Made by a program: the position numbers and the translations under genes | Shown here: positions 11,220-18,608 of the stretch, in pieces | Numbering within the stretch: position 1 is the first letter of the stretch | Layout: each line of letters opens with the position of its first letter | The notes under the pieces: generated by a model | Database searches by the model: none | What the model was told of the DNA's origin: nothing | Seen by the model: the letters and a program-made list of their open reading frames with translations, nothing else | From: Sulfurovum sp. UBA4779 | GTDB lineage: Bacteria; Campylobacterota; Campylobacteria; Campylobacterales; Sulfurovaceae | Assembly (NCBI GenBank): GCA_002403155.1 | Contig: DHHF01000009.1 | Location: forward strand, 28,200 to 92,199 | Reading direction: 5' to 3' | Length of the DNA: 64,000 nucleotides

Positions 11220-11240
11220 ATTGAGTGAATACTTGTCAAG
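11220..11240. promoter_or_regulatory. HAIR-like (HspR) site overlapping the grpE promoter
   Basis: ATTGAGT-N7-TGTCAAG vs the HAIR consensus CTTGAGT-N7-ACTCAAG; TATAAT (-10, - strand) at 11210-11215. Confidence 0.5.
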
Positions 11241-11265
11241 TATATATTTCATATTTTTTATAAAA

Positions 11266-11292
11266 AAAGTTTAGTTACAATCACTAAACTTT
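11266..11292. promoter_or_regulatory. Perfect 10-7-10 inverted repeat, HAIR-like operator upstream of grpE-dnaK
   Basis: AAAGTTTAGT-tacaatc-ACTAAACTTT; the same core recurs upstream of htpG. Confidence 0.7.
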
Positions 11293-11473
11293 ACTGATAC
11301 AAAAAATCATCTGCGGTAAAAAAATAATTGACAGATAAAAAGAATCGTTGGAATTTTTAAGACATTCGATGCAAAAAGCATAAATAAACATGCTGCCGCC
11401 CGTATGTTTAGTTTTTTGATGCTGTATTTGATGCTGTAAAAGTATATTTAATCACGTCTATTCGTGATTTTGC

Positions 11474-11650
11474 ATGAAAAGTATCTTGCCAAAAAAAGAG
11501 CCGGTAGAAAAAATTATTGCCGATGTAGAACAGTTTGCCTCGGGTGAAAAAAAAGCAATGCCTATCGCAAAAATATATAAAAAGAATTTACCGGATAAAT
11601 ATAGTAAAGAAGAGATTTGCTCAGTAGCAGGATATATCACTCATCTCTAA
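11474..11650 (+). pseudogene. 58-aa ORF resembling the C-terminal half of a class I cytochrome c (c553-like), with no CxxCH
   Basis: MKSILPKKEPVEKIIADVEQFASGEKKAMPIAKIYKKNLPDKYSKEEICSVAGYITHL; below the track's length cutoff; in-frame TGA 3 codons upstream; no SD. Confidence 0.45.
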
Positions 11651-11660
11651 TTGAGAGTTT

Positions 11661-11686
11661 GCCTAACCGCCTGAGTGCGGTTAGAC
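11661..11686. terminator. Hairpin after rpsO, probably bidirectional with the converging 58-aa ORF
   Basis: CTAACCGC-ctgagt-GCGGTTAG. Confidence 0.6.
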
Positions 11687-11694
11687 AGAAGCAA

Positions 11695-11964
11695 TTAATT
11701 TCTAATGCCCAAATCGTTTTTGATGGTATTCCATCGGCTGATATCTTTATTTTTAAGATATTTCATAAGTCTTCTTCTTTGACCTACAAGTTTAAGAAGT
11801 CCTACTCTTGAAGAATGATCTTTTTTATTGATTTTAAGATGTTCGGTAAGACTTACAATTCTTTCTGTAATCAGTGCTATTTGCACCTCTGCCGAACCTG
11901 TATCTTTGTCGCCTTTAGCGTATTTTGCAATAATTTCTGCTTTTTTCGCCTGATCTAAAGCCAT
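11695..11964 (-). CDS. rpsO: 30S ribosomal protein S15
   Basis: [12 protein letters not shown]...[16 protein letters not shown]...[24 protein letters not shown]; SD AGGAGG. Confidence 0.98.
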   Translation of the reverse strand: MALDQAKKAEIIAKYAKGDKDTGSAEVQIALITERIVSLTEHLKINKKDHSSRVGLLKLVGQRRRLMKYLKNKDISRWNTIKNDLGIRN

Positions 11965-12075
11965 AATGTGACCTCCTGATTGGTAATTTATCTTCCAAAT
12001 ACAATTTGAAAACGCAATGTTACCATAATATCCTTTTTTTGTGCTTATATCAATCCCGCTTTTTTGTAATGCCAA

Positions 12076-12105
12076 ACTCTAATATAAATTAGAGTAATAT
12101 ACTCT
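12076..12105. promoter_or_regulatory. Overlapping inverted repeats upstream of the Rrf2 regulator (candidate autoregulatory operator)
   Basis: ACTCTAAT-ataa-ATTAGAGT and AGAGT-aatat-ACTCT. Confidence 0.4.
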
Positions 12106-12130
12106 TAATTTATTGAATAAGGTTTGACTT

Positions 12131-12532
12131 ATGTTATTGACACGTGCAAGCGAATATGCGCTACTCTCGTTGGATACGATTCGAAAAGCAGAAGCTCCTA
12201 TCGGAGCTGAACAATTAGCAAATGAACTTTGCATTCCTAAAAGTTTTCTTGCAAAAATTCTTCAGAATTTAGCCAAAAAAGGCATTTTAGAATCCAGAAA
12301 AGGGGCTCATGGGGGATTTTTTTTGACAAAAGATATTCACAGTATCCCGGTTTATGATATTATCTTTGCAGCAGAAGGAAAAACTCCTACTGTTTTTGAT
12401 TGTGCCCAGTATGCTCAAACCTGCCCGAACGGAACGATCGGGAGCTGCGCCATCTCCCCGTTTTTGGCCAAGTTTCAAACAAAAATCGATGATTTTTTAT
12501 TTGATCTTACGCTTGGAGATATATTGTCATAA
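12131..12532 (+). CDS. Rrf2-family transcriptional regulator (three C-terminal Cys, probably Fe-S binding)
   Basis: LLTRASEYALL, IPKSFLAKILQNL, SRKGAHGGF, DCAQYAQTCPNGTIGSC. Confidence 0.92.
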   Translation: MLLTRASEYALLSLDTIRKAEAPIGAEQLANELCIPKSFLAKILQNLAKKGILESRKGAHGGFFLTKDIHSIPVYDIIFAAEGKTPTVFDCAQYAQTCPNGTIGSCAISPFLAKFQTKIDDFLFDLTLGDILS

Positions 12533-12634
12533 ACATTTTTAGGGCAATATGCAACATGCTTGCTCCTGATTATAGATGGTTCGATTAGAGAGCCCTATTT
12601 GACATGATTCAAAATAAAAAGGTATCCTTTCAGT

Positions 12635-13684
12635 ATGGAACAATATATTTATCATCTTTCACATATAGATCTTGACGGTTATGCCTGCCAATATCTTACC
12701 GCCCAATGTTTTCAAAATATCAGATGCTACAATGCAAACTACGGACCTGAAGTAAGTGCAAGGCTTGAAGAAATAGTCTGCGACATTGAGCAAAACAAAT
12801 CAACCGATCAAAAAAACAAAGAGGCACTGATCCTCATCACGGATCTTAACCTCAGTACCAAAGAAGCAAACTGGATAGAAAAAGAGGCTCTGCGTATCGG
12901 TGCAAAGCTCCAACTGCTTGATCATCATGCCACAGGCCTCAATGCAGCAGAGCATTTTGCATGGTATACTATAGACACTTCCAAAAGTGCCACCCTTATG
13001 GCTTATGATTGGCTCAGGGCGCATTACGGCTTTGATTCGGAATATACCCTTTTGCGAACAGTCCAGGCGGTCAATGCAATCGATATTTGGCTAAGCGAGG
13101 ATACCCTGTTTGAATACGGCAAAGTGATGCTGGGTATGATTTCAGGCGCTAAAGAGATCAATCGTATCTTATTCCCCAATGAAGACAGAGCTTTGAAATT
13201 TTCGCTTATCGAAGCAGCAAAACAAAGGGTGGGAGATATTGATGCTCCGATCATGCTCGATGATGCGCTGCACCAGATCAAAAAATCTTTTTTCATGCAG
13301 GAAAAAAATAATACCAAAGACAATCTTGTTGCTTTTTATGTTACAAATCTTTTAAGCAATGACAAAGAGCGCCTTACCGTTTACTATAAAACATACAAAG
13401 GTATTTTAGGGTACAACGTCGGCAATACTTCTATCATAGGCAATACCTTTCTTGTCAACAACCCCGATTATGATTTTTATATGGATATTAACTTCAGAGG
13501 GCATTTTTCATTACGCAGCAACAACAAAATGGATGTTTCAAAAATGGCCGAGCATATCGGCGGGGGGGGCGGGCATCCCAATGCCAGCGGAGGAAAAATC
13601 GACACCTACAAAGATTCGTTTGTGTATGCGCAAGTACGTCAATTTGTCCAAGAATTTATCAATGAAAAATGTACCCAAGCGTAA
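12635..13684 (+). CDS. DHH-family phosphoesterase (NrnB-like oligoribonuclease)
   Basis: SHIDLDGY, ITDLNL, LLDHH, GGGGGHPNASGG. Confidence 0.85.
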   Translation: MEQYIYHLSHIDLDGYACQYLTAQCFQNIRCYNANYGPEVSARLEEIVCDIEQNKSTDQKNKEALILITDLNLSTKEANWIEKEALRIGAKLQLLDHHATGLNAAEHFAWYTIDTSKSATLMAYDWLRAHYGFDSEYTLLRTVQAVNAIDIWLSEDTLFEYGKVMLGMISGAKEINRILFPNEDRALKFSLIEAAKQRVGDIDAPIMLDDALHQIKKSFFMQEKNNTKDNLVAFYVTNLLSNDKERLTVYYKTYKGILGYNVGNTSIIGNTFLVNNPDYDFYMDINFRGHFSLRSNNKMDVSKMAEHIGGGGGHPNASGGKIDTYKDSFVYAQVRQFVQEFINEKCTQA

Positions 13685-13696
13685 GTAAAAATTTGT

Positions 13697-14266
13697 TCAA
13701 ACCTTCACTCTTGCCTCAAGTGCGCGAGAGAGCGAAAGCAAATCAATATTTTCAAGCTCTACTCCGGTAGGGACCCCTTGTGCTATTTTTGTAAAAGCAA
13801 TATTTAATCCCTTCAGCTTATCTTCAATATAAAGAATCATCGTATCTGTAGCAATGCTTGGAGGAAATGCAAAAATCACCTCCTCTACCCCATCTACGGC
13901 ATGCAATAGATGACTTTCATCCAAATCACCCACTTGAGAAACAACATAATAAATACCAAAAAACTGTCTGCTTTCTTCTATCGTCAAAATATCTTTAGCA
14001 CTCTGAACAATGCAAAGTTTGGTAGTGTCCCGGTAAGGATCAGAGCAGATTGCACACAATTCATCTTCGCTCATATTGTGGCATTTGCTGCATTTTTGGA
14101 TACTGTTAACCCCTGTCTCAATCGCATGCGCAAGCTTCATCCCTGCAAAACCGTCTTCCCTCACCACATGATAGGCCAAACGAATTGCCGTTTTTTTGCC
14201 TACTCCCGGTAAAGCCCCGAATGCTTCAACCAGATTTTCAAACGCCTCTATTTTGTATCTTCTCAT
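13697..14266 (-). CDS. recR: Recombination mediator RecR
   Basis: LPGVGKKTAIRLAYH, zinc finger CSKC..CAIC, QGVPTGVELENIDLLSLSRAL. Confidence 0.96.
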   Translation of the reverse strand: MRRYKIEAFENLVEAFGALPGVGKKTAIRLAYHVVREDGFAGMKLAHAIETGVNSIQKCSKCHNMSEDELCAICSDPYRDTTKLCIVQSAKDILTIEESRQFFGIYYVVSQVGDLDESHLLHAVDGVEEVIFAFPPSIATDTMILYIEDKLKGLNIAFTKIAQGVPTGVELENIDLLSLSRALEARVKV

Positions 14267-14556
14267 GCTCTCTCGTAATCTACTACTTTGGAATATTCCA
14301 CGACTGTTTTAATAAAATCTATTACTTTAAGGTGTTCAGGATGGTTCGCATACGCATAAAGTCCTTCTTTACTCTCAAAAGAGGTAATAATACTCAGATC
14401 CATCGCTCTGTCTTCAGTTGAAAAATTCATCCCTACATCCATACTTTTAAGCGTAGGAACGGCCCCCATCAAATTTTCAAGCATTTGTTTTGCCTCAATC
14501 AGATTGGCCTTTTTATTTTCTTCTTTAAATTGAAACATCACTATATGAACCACCAT
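14263..14556 (-). CDS. Dabb-family (stress-responsive alpha/beta barrel) protein
   Basis: MVVHIVMFQFK...YANHPEHLKV...SKVVDYE; SD GGAG. Confidence 0.88.
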   Translation of the reverse strand: MVVHIVMFQFKEENKKANLIEAKQMLENLMGAVPTLKSMDVGMNFSTEDRAMDLSIITSFESKEGLYAYANHPEHLKVIDFIKTVVEYSKVVDYERA

Positions 14557-14642
14557 GCTTTGCTCTCCTCCCTCCGTTTTTGTGATTATAACGAAATTAT
14601 GGTAGAATTCGCCAAAACAATCCACCGGTTACAAAGAGGAAA

Positions 14643-15791
14643 GTGCAGAAAATGACAGAACTTGATTATTATGAAATATTGGAAGTTAATAAAAGCTGCT
14701 CAAGCGGTGAACTTAAAAAATCATATCGAAAATTGGCAATGAAATATCATCCCGACAGAAATCCTGACGACAAAGAAGCAGAAGAAAAATTTAAACTTGT
14801 CAATGAAGCCTATCAAGTACTGAGCAATGAAGAAAAAAGAACAATTTATGACCGCTACGGAAAAGCAGGACTTGAAGGCCACGGGATGGGCGGAGGTTTC
14901 GGCAGCGCAAACATGGATGATATCATGGATATCTTCAACTCGATGTTCGGCGGCGCAGCAGGCGGTTTTGGCAGCGGATTCGGACGGGCTGCACGCCAAG
15001 ACCCTGGCCAGAAATATGCTTTAGATTTTGAAGTAGAACTTCCGTTGGCGTTTCATGAAGCAGTCTTCGGCTGTCAAAAAACAATAGATACTTTTTACAA
15101 AACCCCATGCAAAGAGTGTCACGGCACGGGCGCTAAAGACGGAAAACTTGAAACATGCGACTACTGCGGAGGACAAGGCCAAGTCATCATGCGTCAAGGG
15201 CCGATGACATTTGCGCAAACATGCCCGAAATGCCATGGCAGAGGCCAAAAGATTGCCCAAGCATGTGCAAGCTGCCAAGGCAAAGGCTATCACGAAGAAA
15301 AAGATTCTGTCACCATTAGCATTCCGGCCGGCGTAGATAACGGCAACCGCCTCAGAGTGCAAGGCCGCGGCAATGAAGGCAAAAATAAACGCCGCGGTGA
15401 TCTGTACGTAACCTTTTTGGTAGAAGAGGATGAACACTTTATGCGCCATGGAAACGACGTTTATATCGAAGTTCCGGTATTTTTTACTCAGGCCATCTTG
15501 GGAGAAACGATCACGATACCCGCATTGCAAGGGGAGCTTGAGCTAGAACTCAAACAAAGCACCAAAGACAAAGAACAATTTGTTTTTGAAGGTGAAGGTA
15601 TTGCAGATGTGCACAGCGGAAGAAAAGGCCGTCTTGTTGCACAGGTACGAATGGTACTTCCTAAAAAAATCAATACGAAGCAAAAAGAACTTCTAGAAGA
15701 GCTTCAAGACAGCTTTGGCATAGAAAGCCGGCCGCACAAAACTGCTTTCGAATCCACATTTGACAAAATAAGAAGCTGGTTTAAAAGCTAG
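14643..15791 (+). CDS. dnaJ: Chaperone DnaJ (class A)
   Basis: J-domain HPD, G/F-rich region, four CxxCxGxG repeats. Confidence 0.97.
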   Translation: MQKMTELDYYEILEVNKSCSSGELKKSYRKLAMKYHPDRNPDDKEAEEKFKLVNEAYQVLSNEEKRTIYDRYGKAGLEGHGMGGGFGSANMDDIMDIFNSMFGGAAGGFGSGFGRAARQDPGQKYALDFEVELPLAFHEAVFGCQKTIDTFYKTPCKECHGTGAKDGKLETCDYCGGQGQVIMRQGPMTFAQTCPKCHGRGQKIAQACASCQGKGYHEEKDSVTISIPAGVDNGNRLRVQGRGNEGKNKRRGDLYVTFLVEEDEHFMRHGNDVYIEVPVFFTQAILGETITIPALQGELELELKQSTKDKEQFVFEGEGIADVHSGRKGRLVAQVRMVLPKKINTKQKELLEELQDSFGIESRPHKTAFESTFDKIRSWFKS

Positions 15792-16435
15792 CGATATTCT
15801 AGCAAAGCAGGCGGTTCGCCTTGCTCTTTCAGCAGTTTGACCAGCTCTTTTTTCACTGTTTTATCTGTTTTTTCATCAACAACAATTTCCAAGATTTTAC
15901 TGACCTTTTCATGCTGCTGCCGGCTGGCCTGCATAAACGCTTCATGCTTGAGTTTTTCTTCGTGCATTCTAAGCTTATCGTTTCTGTTTTTTCGATATAC
16001 CCATAAAAAAAGCGCCATACCAAACAGTATCAATACGGCTATAACCCCCATGATGATTTGGTAAAATGCGATATCTTTATCTTTGGTAGCTGCGATTTGC
16101 TGTTCTTTTGCCAATGCAATCTCTTTTTGGACTTGCTGTGAGAGGGCATTTGTCTCTTGCCGGGCAGATAGTTCCAGTTTTGATTTTTCCAATCCTATGT
16201 GCTCAAGCGCTTTGGCTTTTTCAGCTTCGATCTTGGCAAGATCAAGCTTGTTTTGGTATTTCATCTCTTCAAGTACAATCTTTTCATTCTTGGAAACCTC
16301 TTGTTTTGGAGGAACCGAAGACAACACTTGACTCTCTTTTTGATAACCGCTTAGTAATGCAGCTTTTTGAATATCGCTATCCTCCCCGCATCCTATGATC
16401 AAAAATATTATACTTAATGCAAAAAACCGTTTCAT
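15788..16435 (-). CDS. Hypothetical lipoprotein with a coiled coil and a C-terminal TM helix
   Basis: [16 protein letters not shown] lipobox-like; coiled-coil heptads; hydrophobic [21 protein letters not shown]; SD GGAG. Confidence 0.7.
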   Translation of the reverse strand: MKRFFALSIIFLIIGCGEDSDIQKAALLSGYQKESQVLSSVPPKQEVSKNEKIVLEEMKYQNKLDLAKIEAEKAKALEHIGLEKSKLELSARQETNALSQQVQKEIALAKEQQIAATKDKDIAFYQIIMGVIAVLILFGMALFLWVYRKNRNDKLRMHEEKLKHEAFMQASRQQHEKVSKILEIVVDEKTDKTVKKELVKLLKEQGEPPALLEYR

Positions 16436-16537
16436 TTCACTCTCCATTATGCTTACTATTCTAGCAAAAATATCATAAGATTGTCTCAATTGCAGCATCC
16501 GCAACGGCAATGTCCGTTTAAGCCAAAATAAACTACC

Positions 16538-16569
16538 ATAAAATAAAGAAAGCGATTTCTTTATTTTAT
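16538..16569. promoter_or_regulatory. Perfect 14-4-14 palindrome directly before the SD of the miniferritin gene
   Basis: ATAAAATAAAGAAA-gcga-TTTCTTTATTTTAT. Confidence 0.5.
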
Positions 16570-16584
16570 TAAAAAGGATAGTTT

Positions 16585-17100
16585 ATGGCACGAAAAGGAA
16601 ATTCCATTATTAAAGGTTTGGAAATTAATGATATTATTACCCAACTCAATAAAGCATACGCCGATGAGTGGCTGGCTTATTATCAATACTTTATCGAAGC
16701 AAAAGTTATTAAGGGAATCATGAAAGATGCTGCGATTGCCGAACTTACACAACATGCTGCCGATGAACTTAGACATGCCACTATGGTCGCAGACCGCATC
16801 CTTCAACTAGGCGGTACACCGCTGACCCACCCGCAGCATTGGTTTACGCATACCAATTGCGGCTATGAAGAACCCAAAGAATTTGATGTAGTTGCCATCC
16901 TTGATGATGCCATCAAAGGAGAACAGTGTGCTATTAGTATTTACTCCAAAATTGCCGAAATGACCAAAGACAAAGATATCGTCACCTACGATATCGTCTC
17001 ACAAATACTGGCCGATGAGGTTGAACATGAAGAGGATTTGCAAGCCCTTCATGACGATATCACAGAATTTATCGCCGATATTAAAAAAAATATGGGCTGA
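16585..17100 (+). CDS. Ferritin-like DPSL (Dps-like/bacterioferritin-related) protein
   Basis: ADEWLAYYQY, HAADELRHA, DRILQLGGTP, CGYEEP, GEQCAI, ILADEVEHEEDL: a diiron ferroxidase pattern with a Cys pair. Confidence 0.85.
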   Translation: MARKGNSIIKGLEINDIITQLNKAYADEWLAYYQYFIEAKVIKGIMKDAAIAELTQHAADELRHATMVADRILQLGGTPLTHPQHWFTHTNCGYEEPKEFDVVAILDDAIKGEQCAISIYSKIAEMTKDKDIVTYDIVSQILADEVEHEEDLQALHDDITEFIADIKKNMG

Positions 17101-17898
17101 TTATTGCACCTTTTGGTGCAGTATGATTTTGCTTTTGCTTGGCTGTATATCCCCTGTTTGTGTACGTTTGTCGTATGCAATGATAAAAATTTCATCATCA
17201 GGCTTGAGATAATTTTTTTCGCCAAATTCCGCATAAGCAGTCGCCCCTATCGAAACCAGCGCTTGTATCGGATAGCCGGACTTCTTTAAAAGCATGGCCA
17301 TATCTTCCAATGGTCCAAAATCTTTTTGGGTATTGAGTTTATCCACAAGCCATAACTTTAGCTTCCCGTAAAAATAACTATACCCCAAAAGCGGAGCATC
17401 CACGCCGTAAGAATGCAGTACGCCGTCACGTTTGAGAAATGAACACAGATGATAATGATCCATCACGCCGCCTTTTTTAAACTGATCGATCTCTATCCAT
17501 TTTTCTGCAATACCCTTTGAACACAAACCCCAATTTTTCTTTTCGGAAATTTTTTTGGCCCCCTCTTTGCGAATCGTGCAATCATTAAATACGGTAAATT
17601 TTCGTGCCGCAAGGTCTGCTACCGTACGATCCTCATTATAAAAAATATCAAACAAAATAACGATCTCGGGCTCTACTTGGGCATTGGCTTCATAACGGGG
17701 AAGAAAAAGATTGCCTGTACCTATAGGATAAACACCGAGAAAAGTGTCACCACAAGGAACATAAAACGGAAAAATTCCTTTGGGGGCATCAGGCTCCAAA
17801 GTTACAACATTTTCAAAGTCTTTTAGTTCTCCCGCCTGCTCTAAATGATGGGCAAAGTTTCCTGCCACCCCTAAACCGATTATATCTTCAAGGTTCAT
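17101..17898 (-). CDS. DUF5718-family (fumarylacetoacetate-hydrolase-like) protein
   Basis: GLGVAGNFAHHLEQAGE, APKGIFPFY, QVEPEI, FNDCTIR, KISEKKNWG. Confidence 0.75.
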   Translation of the reverse strand: MNLEDIIGLGVAGNFAHHLEQAGELKDFENVVTLEPDAPKGIFPFYVPCGDTFLGVYPIGTGNLFLPRYEANAQVEPEIVILFDIFYNEDRTVADLAARKFTVFNDCTIRKEGAKKISEKKNWGLCSKGIAEKWIEIDQFKKGGVMDHYHLCSFLKRDGVLHSYGVDAPLLGYSYFYGKLKLWLVDKLNTQKDFGPLEDMAMLLKKSGYPIQALVSIGATAYAEFGEKNYLKPDDEIFIIAYDKRTQTGDIQPSKSKIILHQKVQ

Positions 17899-18029
17899 GT
17901 TTTCTCTTTTTTAGCAAGTATATCATTTTTACAAATGAAGTAAACTATAAAAGTTACCCTATACAGGCATCTATTCAAAAAGTATATTTCAGTGTTACAC
18001 TATGAAAAGCAAGAAAGATTAAGAAGAAA

Positions 18030-18051
18030 GGCTGCCCGCTTAGAGGCAGCC
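18030..18051 (-). terminator. Intrinsic terminator after hup
   Basis: GGCTGCC-loop-GGCAGCC followed by TTTCTTCTT on the - strand. Confidence 0.65.
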
Positions 18052-18061
18052 GTAGATGAGA

Positions 18062-18346
18062 TTATTTTACTGCGGCTACAGCGTCTTTAAGTGTTTTGCC
18101 AATTTTGAATTTAGGTGCAGTATGTGCCGGTTTTTTATATGTTTTGTTTGTTCCGGGAACCGTACCGCTTTTTGCTGCCACTGCAACCGTTGAGAATGTT
18201 CCAAACCCAACCAATGATACAGTCTCTTTTTTTACAAGCGCTTCAGTTACAGAAGCTATAAATGCCTTTACCGCTCTTTCTGCTGCGGCTTTGCTTTCAA
18301 ATTCACCGTTCTTTTGCACCAATTCCACAAACTCTGCTTTTGTCAT
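18062..18346 (-). CDS. hup: DNA-binding protein HU
   Basis: MTKAEFVELV...VSLVGFGTF...PKFKIGKTLKDAV. Confidence 0.95.
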   Translation of the reverse strand: MTKAEFVELVQKNGEFESKAAAERAVKAFIASVTEALVKKETVSLVGFGTFSTVAVAAKSGTVPGTNKTYKKPAHTAPKFKIGKTLKDAVAAVK

Positions 18347-18608
18347 TCTTCTTCCTTTTTTTAAGATAAAATCATTATATCACAAACTAATCTTAAAAAA
18401 ACATAAAAAAAGCCTAAAATGCCCTATTTTGTGTACTTTGTTTATATTTTTAGTAAAAATAAAAATAAATACTCCCTTATTTTCACGACGAACTCAAAGG
18501 AACCAGGGATATACTTGCCGCTTGGACAATAAAAGCCAAGAAAGTAGTAACCTTTTAGCCCACACGCCATAGCGCTTCCTTTCGGGCCGAATCTATTGAA
18601 CGTTAAAA

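Noticed and set aside
11458-11640. 60-aa - strand ORF in the track
   Set aside because: It is the antisense of the more protein-like 58-aa + strand ORF (11474-11650)
13562-13569. G8 tract in the DHH gene as a phase-variation site
   Set aside because: It encodes the conserved Gly-rich GGGH motif and the frame is intact; there is no evidence of switching from a single sequence
18575-18595. SRP (4.5S) RNA call from CCC-GAAA-GGA-AGC
   Set aside because: Lacks the CAGG…AGCAG symmetric loop and a long closing stem; kept only as an unknown structured element
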